DNA from: Bacteroidia bacterium
Lineage (GTDB): Bacteria > Bacteroidota > Bacteroidia > NS11-12g > UBA9320
Direction of reading: 5' to 3'
DNA: 64,000 nt
Assembly: GCA_017640445.1 (NCBI GenBank)
Contig: JAEPQQ010000008.1
Coordinates: forward strand, 2,536-66,535
The position numbers were made by a program, and so were the translations under genes. The notes under the pieces are model-generated. The model was not told the origin of the DNA. It saw nothing but the letters and a program-made list of their open reading frames with translations, and ran no database searches. This document shows positions 56,474 through 64,000 of the stretch, piece after piece. Position 1 is the stretch's first letter. Every line of letters starts with the position of its first letter.

Positions 56474-57592
56474 ATGAATAGAATATCGATTAGATCAACA
56501 CACATTCTGAGCATTTTGGGCACGCTTGCTATTGCTTGTCTCTTAATTGTAGAAAACACAAAAGTGGAGAGTAGACAGGACTGGTATAGCGATAAACTCG
56601 AAGCTTCTCGATTGTCGAGCGCAGCCCACGGTTATATCAAGGATCTGCGATTTAAGAATGGCATTTTTATTGACAATATCAACGACCCAAATGAAACAGG
56701 CCTTATTGGTCAGGAGTTTAGTCCAATCTCTTCTGGAAGGGGGTCTCTGTCGATTAAATCTTCTACCGTAAATCCAAATTTTGCGGCATTGGTTTTAGAA
56801 CTGCTGAAGGATGCCGGGGTAGAGAAAGGAGACAATGTAGCCATATGCATGACGGGGTCTTTCCCGGCTTTGAATATGAGTACAATCGCAGCCCTTCAGA
56901 CGCTTGAGGCTAACCCAATTGTGATATCTTCCGTAACCTCCTCCACCTGGGGGGCTACAGATCCCGATTTTACCTGGCTGGATATGCATAATATGCTGCA
57001 CAGCAAGGGTGTTTTTAAGCATAAAGCCGTGGCCGCTTCTATTGGTGGAAACCAGGATATAGGTCGTGCCCTTAGTGCCGAAGGGCGGGAGTTGGCACTT
57101 CAGGCTATTGATCGAAATGGTTTGATACCGATTGTTGGGGCAAATCTCGAAGAAAACGTCGCCAGGCGTATGGAAATATTTCAAAGCCATGCATTATCCA
57201 AACCCATCAAGCTCTACATAAACGTGGGAGGTGGGGTTGCTTCTCTAGGTTCAAAGAGGAATGGGTTTGCTTTGAAGGCGGGCTTGAATGAAGACGTTTT
57301 GCTGGCCAGTCTTCCGGATAAAAAAGGTGTGGTATTTCAGATGGCACAGATGAAGGTTCCCATCATCCATCTCCTGCATCTAAACGTTCTGATGAACAAG
57401 TTCAATATTCCCTATGAACCCATGCCAATTCCCAAGGTAGGAACGGGAGACTTGTATCACACACTTAAATACGATTTGGTCATTACGGGCATATGCCTGG
57501 TAGTTCTTACTTCTCTCATAGGGGGAATCGTATATCAGGATAAAAAGAGAAATGAACTGGGATCCGAAATAATACAAACAAAAAGAAAGTAA
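56474..57592 (+). CDS. pgsW: Poly-gamma-glutamate system protein PgsW
   Basis: DPNETGLIG.E...I....G.L..K..T.NPNFAAL, GSFPALN, SSTWGATDP and INVGGG. TM at both ends; follows pgsC. Confidence 0.85.
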   Translation: MNRISIRSTHILSILGTLAIACLLIVENTKVESRQDWYSDKLEASRLSSAAHGYIKDLRFKNGIFIDNINDPNETGLIGQEFSPISSGRGSLSIKSSTVNPNFAALVLELLKDAGVEKGDNVAICMTGSFPALNMSTIAALQTLEANPIVISSVTSSTWGATDPDFTWLDMHNMLHSKGVFKHKAVAASIGGNQDIGRALSAEGRELALQAIDRNGLIPIVGANLEENVARRMEIFQSHALSKPIKLYINVGGGVASLGSKRNGFALKAGLNEDVLLASLPDKKGVVFQMAQMKVPIIHLLHLNVLMNKFNIPYEPMPIPKVGTGDLYHTLKYDLVITGICLVVLTSLIGGIVYQDKKRNELGSEIIQTKRK

Positions 57593-57593
57593 T

Positions 57594-58523
57594 ATGAAGC
57601 CTGCACAGATTAAATTGAACGTATTTATCCTTTTATGGATAGGTTTTGCACCTTTGTCAGAGGCAGCAAAAAAAGTTCTAACGCCAACACTGAATAACAA
57701 AAAAGTTCAACTGAAAACAGGTGAGCTGAAACCAACATTGTACTATGCGTTATCCAAGAAATATGCAACGGTGCTGAGAATTGGAGGTCCTGGAGAGGTT
57801 ACCATATTTCTGAGAACCAAAATGCAGGAGGACGAGGCTTCAGACAGCAAGTACCACTTGCGGTATGTGCTCGATGGAAAGATCGTTAAAGTGAAGCCCG
57901 TCGGTAGTTCAAAGGCGTCAAAGAAGACACTGGTCGTAGGGAAGTCGTACCGTGTTTCAGTGGTGAAGAAAGTACAGATAATTATCCCACCCGGAAAGCA
58001 CAGGTTAGAGGTGTTTTCATTGAACGATGAACGCCTGGTGTTTTCGAAATACTATTTCGAGAAACATGTAAAGCCAAAGTGGAAGGTCAAACAACCGATT
58101 AACAACATGGAAGCAACATCTCTTACAACGGTTGAGAGTAAAAAGGTGTTGAATTACTACAGGATTGATTCAGAGAACGGGATGAAGATAGAGATGGACG
58201 AGAACACCTACCTTCGACTTCTTGTTCGGGTAGAGTTTAAGCACTCCATGTTTTCTGACAACGAAATGCGTATCCAGATGAAGGAAAACGGGAAGGTTGT
58301 TTACACGTTCAAGGTTTCTTCTGTTCGCTCTAAGTACGTTGTTTACACCGAAGGAGGAAAACTGATTCCGGGAACTCTGAACAAAATCTATATCCGGGTA
58401 CCTGAGGGTAAACACAAGTACGAATTTGTAGTAGCCGATAAATCAAAAACCGCACTGATCAAGGCTTCCTACGATAAGCTACGATTTCCAACGAATAGCA
58501 ACGTTCCTATTTCCAACCCTTAA
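57594..58523 (+). CDS. Exported Lys-rich hypothetical protein with two tandem homologous beta-domains (pgs operon)
   Basis: Starts 1 nt after the pgsW stop. Signal peptide. Internal duplication (YYAL...LRTK...IIIPPGKHRLEV vs YYRI...VRVE...IRVPEGKHKYEF). Confidence 0.7.
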   Translation: MKPAQIKLNVFILLWIGFAPLSEAAKKVLTPTLNNKKVQLKTGELKPTLYYALSKKYATVLRIGGPGEVTIFLRTKMQEDEASDSKYHLRYVLDGKIVKVKPVGSSKASKKTLVVGKSYRVSVVKKVQIIIPPGKHRLEVFSLNDERLVFSKYYFEKHVKPKWKVKQPINNMEATSLTTVESKKVLNYYRIDSENGMKIEMDENTYLRLLVRVEFKHSMFSDNEMRIQMKENGKVVYTFKVSSVRSKYVVYTEGGKLIPGTLNKIYIRVPEGKHKYEFVVADKSKTALIKASYDKLRFPTNSNVPISNP

Positions 58524-58532
58524 ACAGTCAAT

Positions 58533-59372
58533 ATGATAAAAGCAAGAGATGTTCTGATTGGCAGTCTGGTGTTGATTCTAATGAGTAAGAAGGTGGAGGC
58601 CCAGGATTTAACACCAGGCAGTAAAATGTGGTATAGCAACTATACCTATTTCAAACTCAATAGTCGTTTCTATCTGGACAATTATCTTGTCACCTCTTTT
58701 GACTTGAAAGAGGGGCATCCGTTTGGTTTTGTTCAGACCGATTTGGCCCTGAACTACAAACTTTCAAAAAAGCTTCGGTTCCTTGTGGCTTATTCGAACG
58801 CCCAATTCAGATACCGCGATTCGTACGAAGAGCGATATGATAAAGAACCGAATGCATTAAACGCGTTCTCAGTTCACCGATTGGGTGTAGGTGCGCAATA
58901 TCGATTAAAACTCACACGTACTTTTAGGTTTAACCAGAAGTTGGTGACACAATATTATGTTCCACAATTAGAGAAGTTTAGGTGGAGGGTCGTTTATTCG
59001 GGTAAGCTTGAGTACAAGCATCGGAAAGCACCGCTTCAAATGGTTCCCTACGTTCAATACTTCTTGTATTACTACGCTGGGGGGAAGGAGTTTGAGTTGT
59101 CCGAAGATCTGGATGAACCTGATGACGAGCCACAATTCACAGATCCTGCAAACGGCTTCCATCGTTACAGGTTGAGGGCGGGTTTGAGGTTTAAACCATT
59201 GCCTTCTTGTGACCCCTTGAGCCTTACGCTGTATTACGCAATGCAACGCGAGTTTAACCTTGACGGTTTTGGCGGTGAGTTAAACATTCCAGTGGAAGGC
59301 CGAAGAAGACCCTTACTGCCATTCAACAACTTTAATATCATTGGTCTTCAGGCGAATTTGGTGTTTAATTGA
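58533..59372 (+). CDS. Putative outer-membrane beta-barrel (DUF2490-like), pgs operon
   Basis: Signal peptide, alternating amphipathic strands, K.WY, HRL, RWR, HRYRLRAGL.F and C-terminal IIGLQANLVFN. Confidence 0.65.
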   Translation: MIKARDVLIGSLVLILMSKKVEAQDLTPGSKMWYSNYTYFKLNSRFYLDNYLVTSFDLKEGHPFGFVQTDLALNYKLSKKLRFLVAYSNAQFRYRDSYEERYDKEPNALNAFSVHRLGVGAQYRLKLTRTFRFNQKLVTQYYVPQLEKFRWRVVYSGKLEYKHRKAPLQMVPYVQYFLYYYAGGKEFELSEDLDEPDDEPQFTDPANGFHRYRLRAGLRFKPLPSCDPLSLTLYYAMQREFNLDGFGGELNIPVEGRRRPLLPFNNFNIIGLQANLVFN

Positions 59373-59422
59373 GTGCTTTAATACGAGTGGAGCGAGTATT
59401 TGAGTCAGGTTGTAATTCTGAA

Positions 59423-59875
59423 TTATGGGTGTAAGCCTGTCTCAATCAACGTTTTTGCACGCTTCATGCCAATACGCGTGTTGCGTTTTAGCATTTGTTT
59501 TGTGAACCAACCTAGCAAAACATAGAGTAAAGGCGTCCGGAGTTCGAGTGTATTGGTTTGTTCCCAGGTGGTCCAATCACCGTTTTGAGCATACTTCCAT
59601 GAGCCACCACCACCTTTGATCCATAACGACTTGGTGTCCACCATTTGTAAACTCGTGCGGTTTAATCGATCACAGAGCTTGTATTTCAAAGTAGACTGAA
59701 TTCCGCCTTTCATTTTTACCCAGATTGTTTTGGAGGGTCTTTTCTGGATGACGTTGTGCGCCAGAATGGACTTGTCCCAAACCTTCCGATTGTCAAAGTT
59801 TTGAGTGAAGTTCCAAACACGTTCTTTACTTGATCGTATCCGGATGCTTTCGTGCACAGTGACCATCTTTCTCAT
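59423..59875 (-). CDS. SRPBCC / polyketide cyclase-like family protein
   Basis: ESIRI....E.VW.FTQ.F..R..WD and GGGSWKY. Confidence 0.75.
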   Translation of the reverse strand: MRKMVTVHESIRIRSSKERVWNFTQNFDNRKVWDKSILAHNVIQKRPSKTIWVKMKGGIQSTLKYKLCDRLNRTSLQMVDTKSLWIKGGGGSWKYAQNGDWTTWEQTNTLELRTPLLYVLLGWFTKQMLKRNTRIGMKRAKTLIETGLHP

Positions 59876-59920
59876 AGAATGTCAAACGTTAATCAAGTAA
59901 AACGAAGATAATAAAAGAAA

Positions 59921-62425
59921 CTATCGAATTACAACCTTCCGTGTTACCATACCATGGTCTGTTTTTATCCGAATCACATACATTCCCTGTTGGAGATTGT
60001 TGGTTGGTATCAAGCATGAAGTACCACGTACCTGTGTGTTTCGGTACTTGGCTCTACCTAGCATGTCGAAGATAAATACCTCGTGTACTCCCGTAAGGTC
60101 AATTGAAACGTTCAGTGGAGTTCCAAGGGCAACCGGATTAGGAGAAACAACAATGTTCGTGTTAAGGTTCAATGCTTCAATGCCTGATACTCCTGAATTG
60201 GATAAGGGGGAGACCCAAACACCACGCCCATAGGTGGCGGCGTATATCTCATTTGTGACCTGGTTAATCTCCAATTCATTTACTTTAACATTAGGCAAGC
60301 CTTTGTTGAAGGGTTCCCACTGCGTCATGTTCTTGTTGCGGTAGTATACACCTACTTCCAAACCGAGGTATATGGTTTCCAAAGAGTCGTTGTTCCAAAC
60401 AGTAGTGAGGCTTTGAAAAGCAGGAAGGTTTTCCTTCCATTCGGTCCAGTTTTTGCCTCCATCTTTGGTTATCAGAAACTTGGTGGAGCCGGCAACGGCA
60501 AGCGCCACCCAGTTCGCATTTTTCGGATGTACACTAATGGAGTTTATTTCGAAACGTGTAAGGTTTCCATAAAGCAAACGATCCCATTCCGTTTTTCCGC
60601 CATCCGTAGTGCGGTACAGGAAGTAGGCCGATGCGGCATAAATGGTATCACTTCCGGTTGGTGCAACTTTGATATGTGAAGGGTGGAACTTCTGGGAGAT
60701 AGGTTCAAAGGTCTTTCCAAAGTCTGTGGAGCGGTAAACGTAGTCGTACCCGGCATAAAGTGTGTTGGTGTCGGTAGGGTCTTTTTCAAAGGCGGTTACC
60801 CATTTTCCTGAGCCAAACTTTGAATACAAACCAGTTACGGGTTTAGACGTCCTGCCGTCTTCCGAATATACAAAACTCCCGTTCTGACTCGAAGCAAACA
60901 ACGTATGGCGCTTATTGTCGATTACCACTGTTTCCGTGCCATCGCCTCCGTGATAATGAAACCACGTTCCCTCTTTAAACACAGCAGACCCGTTGTCTTG
61001 CGAACCTACGGAAACAATGCATGGGTCGGATTGCGAAATACCTAGGCGATAGATTTGTTGGATACCCAAACCGTTAGATAGATTTACGAAACTGTTCTTG
61101 CCTATTGTTAAACTGGAAGGAGTGTCCATTCGATAAAGTCCTCCATCACTACCCACCCAGAGTCTGCCACTATTATCGTACAGCAGCACTTCTATGTCTG
61201 CATGTGTATAGGCCAGGTTGGGAAAGCTATTGGTATACGAATGATGACTCACAATGGAGAACGTTTTGGCTCCATCCAGTGAACGCCAAATGTTAATACC
61301 ACCCACGTATACCTCATTGCTATCGTTATCGGACACGGCAATTTCCATGTTTCGCGGTGCCTGGCCCAAACTCCCGGTACCCTGCATAGAATATCCCAAC
61401 AGATTTTCACCTGATTTACTCATCTTGAGAAATGAGCTTCCGCCGTTTCGAGATAAGTAAATACCCTCCATGCGTTTTCCGTTGCACTGGATTACATAGA
61501 GGTTTTTAGGAGCAGCTCGGGAAACGGCAATCATTTTAGGCTGATTGTTGGAGTGGTTAAAATCGAGTGAACTAAAGTTTCTTCCTCCGTCCGTCGACTT
61601 CCATATACTGTCGCCAGATGCGTATACAATGCTGGTGTCGGTTCTGTGTCGTTCAATGTCGTAACACTTGCCACTAAGCACGTTGTGCCAGGTTTCTCCA
61701 TGGTCGGTGCTTCGAAACACGCCGGCATAGGTGTCGGTTAACATGAGTTCCCCTTTTTTGATTGGGTTTGCGCTTATTTGGTGGATGTTGCCTCGTCCAT
61801 CGAATTCAATTTCTTTCCAGGTCTTACCGGCATCTATGCTTTTAAACACACTGCCATGGTTAATTCCCCAGTAATAGATATCGGGGTCAAAAGGGTCTAT
61901 GGTTAAAGAATACACCCTAAGGTTAACCAAAAAGTCGCTCAGAGATACCCAGTTCTTACCACCATCGGTACTCTTCCAAACTCCACCGGTTTGAGAACCA
62001 ACCAATATGTGTTTCTCGTTATTGGGGTCAATGGCAATAGAAGTTAATCGGCCAATGCCAGGGTCGAATGTTTGAACACCCTTTGTTTCGGTAGGGCCGA
62101 GTGATCGCCAGTTTCCCGGGAAATTCTCATCTTCCGTTTTGGATGCTTGGTTTAATTGAGCGTTGTATCGGTCAAGTTCCTGCGAATAAAAGTGAGCATC
62201 CGGAACCTTGCCATCTTCCATAACAGAGTGCAGGGCATTGTACTCCCAGCGCTTCCAATCCATATAGCCCGACCCTTTTCCCTTTGGGTGAGTTGTGAAA
62301 TAGGCCTCGGCTGAGTCTTGAATTGCATGCAGTGTATAACCTCCGTTTTGAATCATGTCGTGATACGTCTGAGCCCAGCAGACTGAGGTTAAAAAGGAAA
62401 GGCCAAGGAGAAGAAAACGAACCAT
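59921..62425 (-). CDS. VPS10/BNR-repeat (glycosyl-hydrolase-like) beta-propeller protein with T9SS type A CTD
   Basis: W.SLGP...GIGR; many S.DGG..W/F Asp-box repeats; HAD; G.QDNG; GGDG; YAATYGRGVW; C-terminal SPNP...FDMLGR...GMYVIRI...KVVIR. Confidence 0.88.
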   Translation of the reverse strand: MVRFLLLGLSFLTSVCWAQTYHDMIQNGGYTLHAIQDSAEAYFTTHPKGKGSGYMDWKRWEYNALHSVMEDGKVPDAHFYSQELDRYNAQLNQASKTEDENFPGNWRSLGPTETKGVQTFDPGIGRLTSIAIDPNNEKHILVGSQTGGVWKSTDGGKNWVSLSDFLVNLRVYSLTIDPFDPDIYYWGINHGSVFKSIDAGKTWKEIEFDGRGNIHQISANPIKKGELMLTDTYAGVFRSTDHGETWHNVLSGKCYDIERHRTDTSIVYASGDSIWKSTDGGRNFSSLDFNHSNNQPKMIAVSRAAPKNLYVIQCNGKRMEGIYLSRNGGSSFLKMSKSGENLLGYSMQGTGSLGQAPRNMEIAVSDNDSNEVYVGGINIWRSLDGAKTFSIVSHHSYTNSFPNLAYTHADIEVLLYDNSGRLWVGSDGGLYRMDTPSSLTIGKNSFVNLSNGLGIQQIYRLGISQSDPCIVSVGSQDNGSAVFKEGTWFHYHGGDGTETVVIDNKRHTLFASSQNGSFVYSEDGRTSKPVTGLYSKFGSGKWVTAFEKDPTDTNTLYAGYDYVYRSTDFGKTFEPISQKFHPSHIKVAPTGSDTIYAASAYFLYRTTDGGKTEWDRLLYGNLTRFEINSISVHPKNANWVALAVAGSTKFLITKDGGKNWTEWKENLPAFQSLTTVWNNDSLETIYLGLEVGVYYRNKNMTQWEPFNKGLPNVKVNELEINQVTNEIYAATYGRGVWVSPLSNSGVSGIEALNLNTNIVVSPNPVALGTPLNVSIDLTGVHEVFIFDMLGRAKYRNTQVRGTSCLIPTNNLQQGMYVIRIKTDHGMVTRKVVIR

Positions 62426-62645
62426 AAAAATAAGGGAGTTAGCTTATGAAATGAGTTTGTAAATAATACGAATGGAATCCTTTAAGGGTTGGATAATTTT
62501 GTCGAAAATATGACCTCATTGGGGTAAGATGAATCATAATCAGGGTTTGACCTTTGCTGCTGCTAAGATATGATTGTAAATGATGCTTTATGTTTAGGCA
62601 CAAATCTTCTATTATTGTTCCACTCACTAGCATCCAATCTTATAG

Positions 62646-64000
62646 ATGAAAACTGCAGCAAAGTTATTCGTACTCCTCATCGTGATGACGGGCATGTTTG
62701 CCCAGGCAAAAAGCCAGACCGATGAAGTTACTGAACTTCAGGATAAGGGAGTGAGTCTTTGCGAACAAGGCAAGTTACGAGAAGGTATTGTATTTCTGAA
62801 GTCGGCCATGGATATGGCGAAGCAGAAGGAAAGATGGGAGGTGTATCCAGAGATTACAACCTTTTATTGGTTTGCTTATTATCAACTAACCGGTAACGCC
62901 GATACCGTGCTCCATGAACTTGATGAACTTTTGGCGGTTGTTAACCAACACACACCAGATTCCATAGGGGTGAAGGGTAATATCCATTTGTATAAGGGCA
63001 TCTTTGCTTATTATGATGGACGTGTTGCTAAAAGTATGCAGGAGAGCGAGGAGGCCTTGGTGTATTTCCAGCAACAACCTCAAAAGTACCTCGAGGATAT
63101 AAGCTCTATTTACAACAATTTGGGTGTGCTGTATATGTCGGAGGGAAATCTGAACAAGGCGGAAGACTACATGAAAAAAGCCTTGTCGCTTAAAGAAGAG
63201 TTCAGGAAGTTAGGTCGGCCGTTCAATGAGGTAGCGAACCTGGCTAATTACCTTAATTTGAGCCGTATTTGCTATGGCCAAAAGAGATACGATGAGTTCA
63301 AAGCTTACATGGATATTCTGGAAGCCAATATTGAGGAAACCCCAACAACACCGCCATCGATTCGGTATCAGGTAAACCAGAAGCTTGCACGTTACTACCT
63401 GAGGAATGAACCAAACGATACGCTTGCAGCTGCTTATTTGAGACGCCTTGATGAACTGGCAAGCATAGCCGATATTGAGCAGTTCGACCTAACGAATACG
63501 GACCACCTTCGAGCTGAGTATTTTCTGGTGTTAAACGATTCTGCAAAGGCTTCGGAAATCATCGTAAGTGCTACTCAGGAATTGGAAGAGATGTTGGGTC
63601 ATGACAAACCTCTCAGATTGGCTGAATACTACATTAACGTAGCAGAATTCTTTGGTCGGTTAAAGCAATACGACCAGGCCATGTATTGGAGTGAAAAGGC
63701 CATAGCATTATCGCAAAGCACAACTGGGAGTGACCTGGTTAGAATGAACGGACAGCAATTACAGACGTACGCCGCAGCAATTGGCAATAAAGCCTGTCTG
63801 AACTACTTCCATAAAGGTGCGAATGAAACAGCAAGGCTTAAGGCCATAGAAAAGCTTGGGGGTCAATACGTGTCTACTTTACGCGTGTTTGCAAATCGGT
63901 CGGATAAGGTCATAGCCTTAGACGGTTATCTCGATTTTAATACCGTTGTTACTGCCTTAATGGAGGTCAAATACCAGAAACACAAAGACGACCCGAGCGC
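62646..64000 (+). CDS. Exported TPR-repeat protein, 3'-truncated by the window edge (absent from the ORF track)
   Basis: My translation from ATG 62646 stays open to the window end: MKTAAKLFVLLIVMTGMFAQAKSQ... with TPR IYNNLGVLYMSEGNLNKAEDYMKKAL. Confidence 0.85.
   Translation, partial: MKTAAKLFVLLIVMTGMFAQAKSQTDEVTELQDKGVSLCEQGKLREGIVFLKSAMDMAKQKERWEVYPEITTFYWFAYYQLTGNADTVLHELDELLAVVNQHTPDSIGVKGNIHLYKGIFAYYDGRVAKSMQESEEALVYFQQQPQKYLEDISSIYNNLGVLYMSEGNLNKAEDYMKKALSLKEEFRKLGRPFNEVANLANYLNLSRICYGQKRYDEFKAYMDILEANIEETPTTPPSIRYQVNQKLARYYLRNEPNDTLAAAYLRRLDELASIADIEQFDLTNTDHLRAEYFLVLNDSAKASEIIVSATQELEEMLGHDKPLRLAEYYINVAEFFGRLKQYDQAMYWSEKAIALSQSTTGSDLVRMNGQQLQTYAAAIGNKACLNYFHKGANETARLKAIEKLGGQYVSTLRVFANRSDKVIALDGYLDFNTVVTALMEVKYQKHKDDPS

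Noticed and set aside
717-63546. The many 60-170 aa ORFs nested in or antisense to long genes
   Set aside because: They are shadow ORFs of well-supported CDSs, with no signal peptides or family motifs.

Overview
A 64 kb gene-dense region from a Bacteroidota bacterium, inferred from numerous type IX secretion (T9SS) C-terminal domains, LytS/LytTR pairs and an ECF/FecR/TonB-receptor module. I saw no rRNA, tRNA, CRISPR array, transposase or integrase. The first ~48 kb holds most of the window's ~12 T9SS cargo genes: a 1971-aa S8 protease, three DFDPG-repeat propeller proteins, a beta-helix protein and a 1899-aa type-B-CTD adhesin, among others. These are interleaved with three LytS/LytTR two-component systems, an orphan LytTR regulator and a phage-fibre-like protein paired with a small T9SS protein. 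Many intergenic regions carry paired direct repeats resembling LytTR operators. The most notable system is at 50.6-59.4 kb. An ECF sigma/FecR/TonB-dependent transducer module lies directly upstream of a poly-gamma-glutamate operon (pgsB-pgsC-pgsW), followed by a Lys-rich two-domain exported protein and an outer-membrane beta-barrel. The same promoter-like motif, GGTAGGG-N16-TGTAT, precedes both the sigma gene and pgsB, which suggests cell-surface-signalling control of polyglutamate synthesis and export. Two genes missing from the ORF track were found: a 33-aa MFS small subunit and a TPR protein running off the right edge.
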